From positions 110,865 through 174,864 of the forward strand of contig JBJOFG010000014.1 of assembly GCA_046048875.1 (NCBI GenBank): a stretch of 64,000 bases of DNA, read 5' to 3'. A program made the position numbers and the translations under genes. Origin of the DNA: Bacteroidota bacterium (GTDB lineage Bacteria; Bacteroidota; Bacteroidia; Flavobacteriales_D; Sanyastnellaceae). Every line of letters starts with the position of its first letter. Positions within the stretch are counted from its first letter, which is position 1. This document shows, in pieces, positions 55,230 to 64,000 of the stretch. The notes beneath the pieces are model-generated. The model was not told the DNA's origin, made no database searches, and saw nothing but the letters and a program-made list of their open reading frames with translations.

Positions 55230-56666
55230 TTAATCCTCGTAAGAATCAATTTCTCCAATAAGGGTCACTGCGGTAGAAGAAAGGGTGTTTACCCAAACAT
55301 ATTGACCGATTTTCGCCTCTTTTTTAGGAAAAACAACCACAACGTTCTGGCTATTGCGTCCGTAAAAGTGTTCTTGAGATTTTTTTGAAATTCCTTCAAC
55401 CAAGACTTTTTGTCGCTTGCCTACGTGTGCTGCTGTACGTTCTGCTGCGCAAGACATTTGTAAATCAATGATCTCTTTCAAGCGTTGGCTTTTTACTTCT
55501 TCAGAGATGTTGTCTTCGAATTTTCGTTCAGCAAGTGTGCGTGGGCGTTCAGAATATTTGAACATGTAGGCCATGTCGTAGCGCACTTCGGCCATGAGTG
55601 AGAGGGTGTCTGCGTGTTCTTCATCTGTTTCATCGCAGAATCCGGCGATAACATCTGTACTAATAGCGCATTCGGGCATGAACTTGCGTATTGCTGCAAT
55701 ACGATCGAGGTACCATTCTCTGGTGTACCCGCGATTCATACGTTTGAGAACAACGGAGTTTCCGCTTTGCACCGGTAAGTGAATGTAGTCGCAAATGTTT
55801 TCATACTTCGCCATGGTCATTAACACTTCATCGGTCATGTCTTTGGGGTGGCTGGTTGAAAAGCGAACACGAAGTTTCGGGCTTATTTCTGCCACAGCCG
55901 CAAGCAGTTGAGCAAAATTGACAGTAGGTTCTTTGGCATTTAATATTTCACCTTTTGCGGTGATGTTCCATTTATAACTGTCCACGTTTTGTCCAAGTAG
56001 GGTAACCTCACGGTATCCGCGATCGAAAAGATCTTGTGCTTCTTGAACGATGGTTTTAGGATCGCGGCTACGTTCTCTTCCACGAGTAAAGGGAACTACG
56101 CAAAACGAGCACATGTTATCGCATCCACGCATGATTGAAATGAATGCAGTAACACCGTTGCTGTCGAGACGCACTGGCGTGATTTCCGCGTAGGTTTCTT
56201 CGCGACTGAGGAGAACGTTAACGGCTTTGCTTCCGTGTTCAACACTTGAAACGAGTCGAGGAAGATCGCGGTATGCGTCTGGTCCTACGACCATGTCAAC
56301 GAGCTTTTCTTCCTCGATGAGTTTTTCACGCAAACGTTCGGCCATGCAACCGAGAACGCCAACAACCATGTCGGGTTTGCGTTTCTTTACTGATTTCAAA
56401 AAATCGAGTCTTCCGCGAATGCGTTGTTCTGCGTTATCGCGAATGGCGCAAGTGTTAAGCAGGACTAAATCGGCCTCTTCCACATCTCGTGTGGTCGTGA
56501 AACCTTCTTGCGCCATAATAGAGGCCACAATCTCGGAGTCTGCAAAATTCATTTGGCAACCGTAACTCTCAAGCAACAGTTTTTTTTGTGGCCCATTCGC
56601 ATTTATGGGAGTCGAAATCTCTAAAATTTCGCCTTGTCTAGATTCGTCTAATAGTTTTTCTTCCAC
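55230..56666 (-). CDS. miaB: tRNA-i6A37 methylthiotransferase MiaB
   Basis: YGCQMN N-terminal UPF0004 motif, radical-SAM CDNMCSFC, and a C-terminal TRAM domain. The start is probably GTG 56666 ([13 protein letters not shown]...) rather than ATG 56759, because a -7 box lies inside the extension. Confidence 0.9.
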   Translation of the reverse strand: MEEKLLDESRQGEILEISTPINANGPQKKLLLESYGCQMNFADSEIVASIMAQEGFTTTRDVEEADLVLLNTCAIRDNAEQRIRGRLDFLKSVKKRKPDMVVGVLGCMAERLREKLIEEEKLVDMVVGPDAYRDLPRLVSSVEHGSKAVNVLLSREETYAEITPVRLDSNGVTAFISIMRGCDNMCSFCVVPFTRGRERSRDPKTIVQEAQDLFDRGYREVTLLGQNVDSYKWNITAKGEILNAKEPTVNFAQLLAAVAEISPKLRVRFSTSHPKDMTDEVLMTMAKYENICDYIHLPVQSGNSVVLKRMNRGYTREWYLDRIAAIRKFMPECAISTDVIAGFCDETDEEHADTLSLMAEVRYDMAYMFKYSERPRTLAERKFEDNISEEVKSQRLKEIIDLQMSCAAERTAAHVGKRQKVLVEGISKKSQEHFYGRNSQNVVVVFPKKEAKIGQYVWVNTLSSTAVTLIGEIDSYED

Positions 56667-56691
56667 AGTGTCTGGCTGTTTTGATTGTGTG

Positions 56692-56699
56692 CAAAAATA
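56692..56699 (-). promoter_or_regulatory. candidate -7 box (TAnnTTTG) for miaB
   Basis: The reverse complement is TATTTTTG, 26 nt upstream of GTG 56666. Confidence 0.35.
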
Positions 56700-56766
56700 A
56701 TCTATTTCTAAAGAAATACCGCATATAATCGCATAACCAATTTGGAATCTTAGAAACAATTACATA

Positions 56767-56774
56767 TACCTTTG
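56767..56774 (+). promoter_or_regulatory. candidate -7 box (TAnnTTTG) for topA
   Basis: TACCTTTG lies 20 nt upstream of ATG 56795. Confidence 0.35.
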
Positions 56775-56794
56775 CCGACATTCAAAATCAAACT

Positions 56795-59206
56795 ATGGCG
56801 AAAAATCTTGTTATTGTGGAGTCCCCTGCGAAGGCAAAAACTATCGAAGGATATTTGGGGAAAGACTTTGTGGTTAAAGCGAGTATTGGACACGTTCGTG
56901 ACTTGCCAAAGAATAATCTTGCGATAAGCGATGATGGTGATTTTAATGTGACTTACGAAATTACAGAAGGGCACGAGAAGGTTGTGGCCGAGTTGAAAAA
57001 AGAAGCAAAAAAATCGGAAGTGGTGTGGTTGGCAACGGATGAGGACCGCGAGGGAGAAGCAATTTCTTGGCATTTATTGGAGGCTCTTGGGTTGAATGAA
57101 AAAAATACCAAGCGCATCGTGTTTTCGGAGATTACAAAAACAGCAATTCTAGCAGCAATTGAACGGCCAAGATCCATTGACATGGATTTGGTGAATGCCC
57201 AACAGGCCAGAAGAATTTTAGATCGAATAGTGGGTTTTGAATTGTCTCCTGTTTTGTGGAAAAAGATTCGTCCGTCTTTGAGTGCGGGTCGAGTTCAAAG
57301 TGTTGCGGTAAGATTGATCGTGGAAAGAGAAAGGGAGGTAGAAGCCTTCAACGCGGCTGCTTACTTCGGTATTCGTGCTTTGTTTGATTTGAAAGATGCA
57401 ACGTTGAAAGCTGATCTTCCAACGAAAATAAAGGACGGCACCAGTGCACAAGCCTTTTTGGAAGATTGTGTAAACGCTGAATTCGCGATAGCCTCGCTAG
57501 AAACCAATCCTTCCAAGCGTTCCCCTGCTGCTCCATTTACGACCTCAACATTGCAACAAGAGGCCGGTAGAAAATTGGGCATGAGCGTAAAGGCAACTAT
57601 GACTGTTGCTCAAAAGCTCTACGAAAGTGGAAAGATAACCTACATGAGAACGGACAGCGTGAACTTGTCAGATTTCGCTCGTGATGCTGCAAAAGATGAA
57701 ATCATCGCTAGTTTCGGCGAGAAATATTCTCATCCAAGAGTCTTCAAGTCGAAGAATAAAGGAGCGCAAGAAGCGCACGAAGCCATTCGCCCAACGAATA
57801 TGTCGGTGAAATCTATCGAAGGGGAAAGCAGTGAGAGAAGATTGTATGATTTAATTTGGAAACGAACATTGGCGAGTCAAATGTCCGATGCTCAGTTGGA
57901 GAATACAACGGCAACCGTAAACATTTCAACCCGAGAAGAAAGGCTAGTTGCGAAGGGACAAGTTGTGAAATTTGACGGGTTCTTAAAGGTGTATATGGAA
58001 AGCACAGATGACGAGGAGTCTGATGAAAGTGGTGTGCTTCCTCCATTGCATGAAGGGCAAATTCTGGATTTGAGAAGCATGATTGCGCAAGAGAAATTCA
58101 CGCAAAAACCTGCACGCTACAGTGAAGCTAGCTTGGTGAAAAAATTAGAAGAGCTTGGAATTGGAAGACCTTCAACCTACGCATCAACAATAAGCACAAT
58201 TCAAGCAAGAACTTATGTTGAGAAGCGCGATTTAGAGGGAAAGCCGAGAGACTATGCTGTTCATACCTTGACAAACAAGGTAATTACATCTGAAACGAAA
58301 ACTGAAAATACTGGGGCGGAAAGATCAAAGTTGTTTCCAACGGATATTGGACGTGTGGTGAACGATTTCTTGGTGGAAAATTTCCCGCTGATTCTGGATT
58401 ATAACTTCACAGCCAGTGTGGAAGAAGAATTTGACGTTATTGCAGAAGGAAAGTTGGAGTGGAAGGAAATGCTTCACAAGTTTTATGGACCTTTCCACAA
58501 CAATGTCTTGAAGACAGCGAGTGAAGCTGCGCGTGCGTCAGGAGAGAGATTACTTGGAGAAGATCCCGCGACAGGTAAGCCCATTATTGCGCGAATCGGT
58601 CGTTTTGGACCAATGATTCAACTGGGTTCTGCAGAAGAAGAAGAGAAGAAATTTGCGTCGCTTCGACCGAATCAAAGTATCAATACTATTACGTTAGAAG
58701 AGGCATTGGATTTATTTAAAATGCCGCGCAATTTAGGTGAATGGAACGGTGAGAAAATAGTCGTAGGTATTGGGCGCTTCGGTCCTTACGTGAAATATAA
58801 ATCAACCTACGCTTCATTGCGAGTGAAAGAAGGAGACGATCCGTTTACCATTGATTTGCCTCGAGCCATTAAGTTGGTTGAAGATAAAATCAACGGGGTG
58901 AATGCGAATCTCTTGAAGACCTTCGCGGAAGACGAAAATGTTCAAATTATCAATGGTCGCTTTGGAGCCTATTTGAAATCAGGCAACTTGAATTTCAAAT
59001 TGCCAAAGGGTGCCAAGGCAGATGATATATCATGGTCAGACGCTCAACAGATAATGGAAGAGCAAATGGAGCAGGCAACTAAAAAAGCTGCTTCTAGAAA
59101 ACCTGCGCCGAAAAAAGCACCAGTGAAAAAGGCTCCTGCGAAAAAAGCGGCAACTAAAAAAGCACCTGCTAAGAAAGTCGCTGCAAAAAAATCGCCGAAG
59201 AAGTAG
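56795..59206 (+). CDS. topA: DNA topoisomerase I with a Lys/Ala/Pro-rich C-terminal tail
   Basis: 803 aa. TOPRIM LVIVESPAKAKTI, active-site region ITYMRTDS, and the tail KKAASRKPAPKKAPVKKAPAKKAATKKAPAKKVAAKKSPKK. Confidence 0.95.
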   Translation: MAKNLVIVESPAKAKTIEGYLGKDFVVKASIGHVRDLPKNNLAISDDGDFNVTYEITEGHEKVVAELKKEAKKSEVVWLATDEDREGEAISWHLLEALGLNEKNTKRIVFSEITKTAILAAIERPRSIDMDLVNAQQARRILDRIVGFELSPVLWKKIRPSLSAGRVQSVAVRLIVEREREVEAFNAAAYFGIRALFDLKDATLKADLPTKIKDGTSAQAFLEDCVNAEFAIASLETNPSKRSPAAPFTTSTLQQEAGRKLGMSVKATMTVAQKLYESGKITYMRTDSVNLSDFARDAAKDEIIASFGEKYSHPRVFKSKNKGAQEAHEAIRPTNMSVKSIEGESSERRLYDLIWKRTLASQMSDAQLENTTATVNISTREERLVAKGQVVKFDGFLKVYMESTDDEESDESGVLPPLHEGQILDLRSMIAQEKFTQKPARYSEASLVKKLEELGIGRPSTYASTISTIQARTYVEKRDLEGKPRDYAVHTLTNKVITSETKTENTGAERSKLFPTDIGRVVNDFLVENFPLILDYNFTASVEEEFDVIAEGKLEWKEMLHKFYGPFHNNVLKTASEAARASGERLLGEDPATGKPIIARIGRFGPMIQLGSAEEEEKKFASLRPNQSINTITLEEALDLFKMPRNLGEWNGEKIVVGIGRFGPYVKYKSTYASLRVKEGDDPFTIDLPRAIKLVEDKINGVNANLLKTFAEDENVQIINGRFGAYLKSGNLNFKLPKGAKADDISWSDAQQIMEEQMEQATKKAASRKPAPKKAPVKKAPAKKAATKKAPAKKVAAKKSPKK

Positions 59207-59289
59207 AATTGTGAATCATCACATTGCTTTGTTGAAATGATTTTTTAGCGGTACAAAATTGATTGACTCATCCATGTAGTTTCGTACTC

Positions 59290-60456
59290 ATGGATTTGTC
59301 AGTTTTTCTCTCTCCGAGCATTTTTCACGATAGCTCAAATCGCTTTTTTGCGAATAACACCATTGGTGCGCAAACACGTTTTTATTTCGATGATGAAAAC
59401 GATTTGAATGATCGTCAGATTGCCCTTGTTGGTGTCTGTGAAGATCGTAATTCTGAGGATAATTCAGGTGCTGCAAATGCTCCCGACGAGGTGAGACGTG
59501 AATTGTACAAACTTCTTTCGTGTGATGATTACTCCAAGATTGTTGATCTTGGAAACATTCTGCCAGGCGAAACTCCGGAAGATACCTACTATGCATTGTC
59601 TGAAGTTTGTACCGCTTGCATGAAGAAGAGTATTCTTCCGGTTGTCATAGGCGGGACGCAAGATTTGACCTTTGCCACCTACAAGGCTTATGAGGCCATG
59701 GAGCAAACAGTGAATTTGGTAACTATCGATTCTAAACTTGATTTTGGTTCAAGTCCTGACGATTCATCGGCAGATGGTTATCTGAATAGAATTATACTAC
59801 ACAGACCGAATTATCTTTTCAATTACTCTAATTTGGGTCACCAGCGATACTTGACAGACAAGGCGCTTTTGGAGCTAACGACTAAAATGTATTTCGATGC
59901 AGTTCGATTGGGAGAAATTCAACAAGATCTTTCAGTAGCAGAGCCGGTTATTCGAAATGCAGATTTATTGAGTTTTGATTTGAGTGCTATTCGTTACTCC
60001 GAATTTATGTCGACCAAGAAAAGTGGTCCAAATGGATTTTTCGGGCATGAGGCTGCTCAGCTTTGTAAATATGCGGGCATGAGTGAAAAGCTTACCTGCA
60101 TCGGGTTTTATGAATACAACCCATCTTTGGATGATAGCGGCCAATCGGCAAAACTCATGGCGCAATTGATTTGGTGTTTTATCGATGGTTTCCATTCGCG
60201 CAGGGGAGATTATCCAATTGCGTCGCTTTCAGAGTATGAGAAGTTTATCGTTCTCCTTACTGATTCAGGCGATGAATTGGTTTTCTATAAAAGTCATCTT
60301 ACAAACAGGTGGTGGTTGGAAGTGGCTTATCCTGCCGGGGTAGAACAGAAATACGAGCGAAATCATGTTGTGCCCTGCACATATGCAGACTATTTGATGG
60401 CTTCACAACAAGAAATGCCAGATCGTTGGTGGAAAACTTTCCAGAAGTTGGTGTGA
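59290..60456 (+). CDS. arginase/formiminoglutamase-fold protein with degenerate metal-binding motifs (probable pseudoenzyme)
   Basis: 388 aa from ATG 59290. Family scaffold motifs are present (VVIGG..., IDSKLD, SFDLS, FYEYNP), but His/Asp ligands are substituted (see findings). Confidence 0.65.
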   Translation: MDLSVFLSPSIFHDSSNRFFANNTIGAQTRFYFDDENDLNDRQIALVGVCEDRNSEDNSGAANAPDEVRRELYKLLSCDDYSKIVDLGNILPGETPEDTYYALSEVCTACMKKSILPVVIGGTQDLTFATYKAYEAMEQTVNLVTIDSKLDFGSSPDDSSADGYLNRIILHRPNYLFNYSNLGHQRYLTDKALLELTTKMYFDAVRLGEIQQDLSVAEPVIRNADLLSFDLSAIRYSEFMSTKKSGPNGFFGHEAAQLCKYAGMSEKLTCIGFYEYNPSLDDSGQSAKLMAQLIWCFIDGFHSRRGDYPIASLSEYEKFIVLLTDSGDELVFYKSHLTNRWWLEVAYPAGVEQKYERNHVVPCTYADYLMASQQEMPDRWWKTFQKLV

Positions 60457-60505
60457 TAGCCTTTAGGTTTCCAAGAATAGAGCTTTGTTCCTTTATCTCG
60501 TAAAG

Positions 60506-60558
60506 TGTTGAATTTCATACATTTTGAATGGCCTGTCCTTCAGTGAATGTTGAATTTC
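60506..60558 (+). promoter_or_regulatory. 11-bp perfect direct repeat TGTTGAATTTC x2 (42-nt period) upstream of the porP-gldKLM operon
   Basis: Copies at 60506-60516 and 60548-60558. Extra GAAT pentamers lie between them, and T-tracts follow. Confidence 0.35.
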
Positions 60559-60656
60559 GTTTGTTTTTTTTGTTTTTTTAAATAGATTTTCTATTTTAGC
60601 AAACTCTGTCAATTCCCTTATTTGGAGTTTTCAGGGTTAAACGAAAGAAACAAACG

Positions 60657-61610
60657 ATGAAAAAACTGTATTTTCTTCTCCTAACGTTTTCTCTTGCAGG
60701 TGCTGTAAATGCTCAGCAAGATCCACAATTTTCAATGTGGATGTTTGATAGAATTTCTTTCAATCCGGCAGCTGCTGGAATTGATAACATGCACCAGATT
60801 CAAGCCTTTCATCGTGACCAATGGGATGGTTTCGACCGTGATCCAAAAACTTATTTGTTCAACTACAATGGCTATGTGAAAGCAGCAGGCAGAACTGTAG
60901 GTTTGGGTTTGTCTGCAATGACGGAAGTTTTAGGACAAGAGCAAAACAAATTTGTTCGTTTGTCGGGAGCTTATCATCTTCCAATCGGTAACAATATTCT
61001 TTCGGCGGGCTTTCAAGTAGGGATGGTTTCAAAAACCTTAGGTACGGACTGGGTTGCAATTGATCCGACTGATCCAAATATTCCTACCACTGGTTTATCT
61101 CAAGGTGGTTTCGATGCGAATGTTGGTTTAATGTTTTATCAAAAGGATAAGTTTTATGCCGGAGTAAGTGCAACACATCTTCCTGCAACTGATCTAGCAG
61201 ATTTAGGTTTTGCTACTGCGCGTCACCTGTACTTTATGGGTGGATACAACCACGATTTGAATAACGGATTAGTTATTCGCTCAAACGCTTTAGTGAAATC
61301 TGATATGAATGCGGCTCCAGCCATTGACATTAATGCAAACGTTTTGTGGAACAACCTGCTTTGGGGAGGGGTTGCTTTCCGCCCTGGTGATGCGATTGCT
61401 CCAATGGCAGGTGTTCAAATGTCTTTGAACACGCTTCAGCAGGGACGCTACACATACACACACGGATTTAAAATGGGATATTCATATGATGTTACATTGA
61501 GTACTATTAAGGACTACAGTGCAGGATCGCATGAATTGTTTTTGACGTATGAATTTAATTTGGGAAAAACTCCGATTCGAAGAATTTCGGGTGATCCTCG
61601 ATTGTTGTAA
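60657..61610 (+). CDS. porP: PorP/SprF family type IX secretion system membrane protein
   Basis: 317 aa. Signal peptide ...AVNA-Q and the hallmark N-terminus QQDPQFSMWMFDRISFNPAAAG. Confidence 0.85.
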   Translation: MKKLYFLLLTFSLAGAVNAQQDPQFSMWMFDRISFNPAAAGIDNMHQIQAFHRDQWDGFDRDPKTYLFNYNGYVKAAGRTVGLGLSAMTEVLGQEQNKFVRLSGAYHLPIGNNILSAGFQVGMVSKTLGTDWVAIDPTDPNIPTTGLSQGGFDANVGLMFYQKDKFYAGVSATHLPATDLADLGFATARHLYFMGGYNHDLNNGLVIRSNALVKSDMNAAPAIDINANVLWNNLLWGGVAFRPGDAIAPMAGVQMSLNTLQQGRYTYTHGFKMGYSYDVTLSTIKDYSAGSHELFLTYEFNLGKTPIRRISGDPRLL

Positions 61611-61688
61611 CAATAAAATGAAACCCAACGCAGTTATAATAACGTTAAACTTAACCCAACAGAGTTTAGCTCATTAATTTAGGAAGTC

Positions 61689-63080
61689 ATGAAAAAGTCA
61701 ATTTTGTTTTTCGCATTAGTGTCTTCATTGCTTGTAGGATGTTATCCTGGACCAGCTGGAGAACTAGTAGGTGTTTACCCTCGCGAGGAATGGGTTCAAG
61801 TGAATCCTTACGGAATGAATTACATTCATTTTGGATCTTTCACCATGGGTAATAACGACCGCGATCTTGCGGGCGGTATGACAGTAAAGGCTAAGACGGT
61901 TACCGTTTCTGCTTTTTACATGGATCAACACGAAATCTCAAACAATGAATACCGCCAATTCGTTTATTGGGTGCGTGACTCATTAATGAGAGATCAATTG
62001 GCTCAAAATGAAATCGAAGGATTCGGAATCTCTGAGCGTGAAGATGGTCGTGAAATGGATCGTTTCATCAATAAAGGCTACAAGCTTGATTGGGAAACCG
62101 AAATCGATATGGAAAACGATGAAATTTTCGATATCGTTTACGATGAATTCTACCTTCAAGGAGCTGACAAGTTCTACGATCGCAAAGAAATCGATTCACG
62201 TAAACTGAAATATCGTTATTGGTGGATTGATTTTGAGGGAGCTGCCAAGAAAAAAGGAAATCGAGATGAAGAGACTGGAGAAAAGAACTCCTTGGATCAA
62301 TTACACTCAATTAAAATCAATTCTGATAGAACGAAGTTCGTGATTGAGGAGCAAATTAATGTGTACCCTGACACTTTAGTCTGGGCGCATGACTTCACCT
62401 ATTCAAACAACACTCACTTAACTGAAACTTACTTCTGGCATCCAGCTTATGATGACTACCCGGTAGTTGGAGTTACTTGGGGTCAGTGCCAGGCGTTCTG
62501 CGCATGGAGAACTCAAATTCTGAATGAATGGAAGCAGCAAAACGGAGAGACGTTTGTTCAACGATTCCGTTTACCTTCTGAAGCTGAGTGGGAATATGCT
62601 TCTCGCGGCGGTTTGTCTAACGAAGAATATCCTTGGGGTGGTCCATACACACGTAATTACTTGGGTTGTCCTTTGGCGAACTTTAAGCCTATGCGCGGTG
62701 ACTATCCGGACGATAACGGTGTTCATACGGTTCCAATCGGATCGTACTCTCCAAACGGATGGGGACTTTACAACATGGCAGGAAACGTTGCTGAGTGGTG
62801 TAACACAGCATACGACGAGGCTGCTTATGAAATCATGCACGATTTAAATCCAGAGTACGATTACCGTGCTAAGGAGGACGACGCGACTACACAAAAGCGT
62901 AAAGTAATTCGTGGTGGATCTTGGAAAGATATTTCTTATTTCATTCAATGTGGAACGCGTTCATACGAATTCCAAGATACTGCGAAGTCATATATCGGAT
63001 TCCGTTGTGTAATGACCTACTTGGGTCGTGGAAAGAGTGGTCCTGCTGAAGACTGGAACAGCCCAACAGGAAACGAATAA
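61689..63080 (+). CDS. gldK: T9SS/gliding lipoprotein GldK (PorK), FGE-sulfatase fold
   Basis: 463 aa. Lipobox LLVGC. SUMF1/FGE-type motifs (GVTWGQCQAFCAW, LPSEAEWEYASRGG, RGGSW). Confidence 0.9.
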   Translation: MKKSILFFALVSSLLVGCYPGPAGELVGVYPREEWVQVNPYGMNYIHFGSFTMGNNDRDLAGGMTVKAKTVTVSAFYMDQHEISNNEYRQFVYWVRDSLMRDQLAQNEIEGFGISEREDGREMDRFINKGYKLDWETEIDMENDEIFDIVYDEFYLQGADKFYDRKEIDSRKLKYRYWWIDFEGAAKKKGNRDEETGEKNSLDQLHSIKINSDRTKFVIEEQINVYPDTLVWAHDFTYSNNTHLTETYFWHPAYDDYPVVGVTWGQCQAFCAWRTQILNEWKQQNGETFVQRFRLPSEAEWEYASRGGLSNEEYPWGGPYTRNYLGCPLANFKPMRGDYPDDNGVHTVPIGSYSPNGWGLYNMAGNVAEWCNTAYDEAAYEIMHDLNPEYDYRAKEDDATTQKRKVIRGGSWKDISYFIQCGTRSYEFQDTAKSYIGFRCVMTYLGRGKSGPAEDWNSPTGNE

Positions 63081-63126
63081 ATCAGAAACCAATTAAACCT
63101 CATAAATAACTTAAATTTTTAAATCA

Positions 63127-63921
63127 ATGAAACCTGGAAGTAAAGCTTGGAAGAATTTTATGGCAAAACTGTACGGAATCGGAGCAGCTGTCGTAATTAT
63201 TGGAGCGATGTTTAAAATTCAGCACTGGCCATTCGCGTCTTTGCTACTTGTTGTGGGATTGAGTACAGAAGCTGTTATCTTCTTTTTCTCAGCGTTTGAA
63301 CCTTTACATGAAGAGCCAGATTGGTCTTTAGTTTATCCTGAATTAGCTACTCCAGAAGATGGTGAGCACGGTCACGGTTCTTCTAAGAAGCCTGCAGTTA
63401 ACAAAGGTGTGTCTCAGCAATTAGATGCACTTTTAAGCGAAGCTAAAATTGATGGTGATTTGATCGCTAGCCTAGGTGATGGGATGAGAACTTTCAGTAC
63501 AAACGCACGTCAAATGGCTGACTCTACAGATGCTGCTATGGCAAGTTCAAACTATGCTAGCTCTTTGCAAGATGCTTCAGTAAAGGTTTCGAAGTTGGCT
63601 GCTACTTATGAGGCTGCTTCTGAGCAATTGACTGGACTTGCATCTCATTCAGAGCAAGGTGCTAGTGCGGGTGTTCACTTACAAAAAATGTCTCAAAATC
63701 TTGCTGCATTGAACGGAATGTATGAGTTGCAATTGTCAGAGTTAGAGAAAACTCGTGTTATGTTCGGCGATATGGGTGCTTTGGTTAAAAACCTTGCTGA
63801 CTCAGTTGAAGATACTAAGTTGTACAAAGAAAATATTTCTGAGCTTGCGCATAACTTGAAGTCGTTGAACACGATTTATGCGAACATGTTGAATGCAATG
63901 GGCTCTGGCCGTCAAGCATAA
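63127..63921 (+). CDS. gldL: T9SS/gliding motor protein GldL (PorL)
   Basis: 264 aa. N-terminus KLYGIGAAVVIIGAMFKIQHW with two TM helices, then a helical cytoplasmic domain. Located between gldK and gldM. Confidence 0.85.
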   Translation: MKPGSKAWKNFMAKLYGIGAAVVIIGAMFKIQHWPFASLLLVVGLSTEAVIFFFSAFEPLHEEPDWSLVYPELATPEDGEHGHGSSKKPAVNKGVSQQLDALLSEAKIDGDLIASLGDGMRTFSTNARQMADSTDAAMASSNYASSLQDASVKVSKLAATYEAASEQLTGLASHSEQGASAGVHLQKMSQNLAALNGMYELQLSELEKTRVMFGDMGALVKNLADSVEDTKLYKENISELAHNLKSLNTIYANMLNAMGSGRQA

Positions 63922-63964
63922 GTTCCAAGAATAATTGTTGTAATAAAAAACAGGAGGAACTAAA

Positions 63965-64000
63965 ATGGCAGGTGGAAAAGAAACCCCACGGCAGAAGATG
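63965..64000 (+). CDS. gldM: GldM (PorM), first 12 codons only
   Basis: MAGGKETPRQKM is the characteristic GldM N-terminus, and it sits directly after gldL. Truncated by the window end. Confidence 0.7.
   Translation, partial: MAGGKETPRQKM

Noticed and set aside
56227-57073. ORF 56227..56565(+) inside miaB and ORF 56750..57073(-) opposite topA
   Set aside because: Both are antisense to well-supported genes, with no motifs. The second would also span the divergent promoter region.

Overview
This is a 64-kb chromosomal segment from a gliding, T9SS-bearing member of the Bacteroidota, probably Flavobacteriia-like. Supporting evidence: sprA, a porP/sprF-gldK-gldL-gldM operon, type A and type B T9SS C-terminal sorting domains, TAnnTTTG -7 promoter boxes, and Gln at +1 of nearly every signal peptide. 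Coding density is very high: about 60 CDS and 2 tRNAs (Asn-GTT, Leu-CAA). I saw no rRNA, CRISPR array, transposase or integrase. From left to right the window contains: a partial DUF4143-type ATPase and a class I Fic/VbhA-like toxin-antitoxin pair on the 3' flank of tRNA-Asn; rseP; tRNA-Leu; an arsR-DUF6428-acr3-arsC arsenic operon; a 1070-aa propeller plus Omp85-like barrel protein; an M28 glutaminyl-cyclase-like gene; cysS; queA; the conserved ppiD / CNNM(GldE-like) / lptC / OMP / coaX block; T9SS cargo genes; an envelope thioredoxin-fold/OM-barrel cluster; maeB, ruvA and sprA; a VTC + DUF4956 pair; a DUF4258-like/M20/NeuB-like operon; an ABC/FtsX system with a histidine-rich loop; groES-groEL, secG, lptE, a sigma-54 activator, miaB and topA; an arginase-fold protein with degenerate metal ligands; and the T9SS core operon. 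Most of this is conserved housekeeping. I cannot show a complete novel multi-gene system from sequence alone. The best follow-up candidates are: (i) the three-CxxC thioredoxin-fold / OM-barrel cluster at 26.6-31.9 kb; (ii) the His-rich FtsX/DUF3299-like ABC system; (iii) the arginase-fold probable pseudoenzyme next to the T9SS core operon; (iv) the POTRA-less propeller-Omp85 fusion. All family names come from motifs I recognised by eye. No database search was run.
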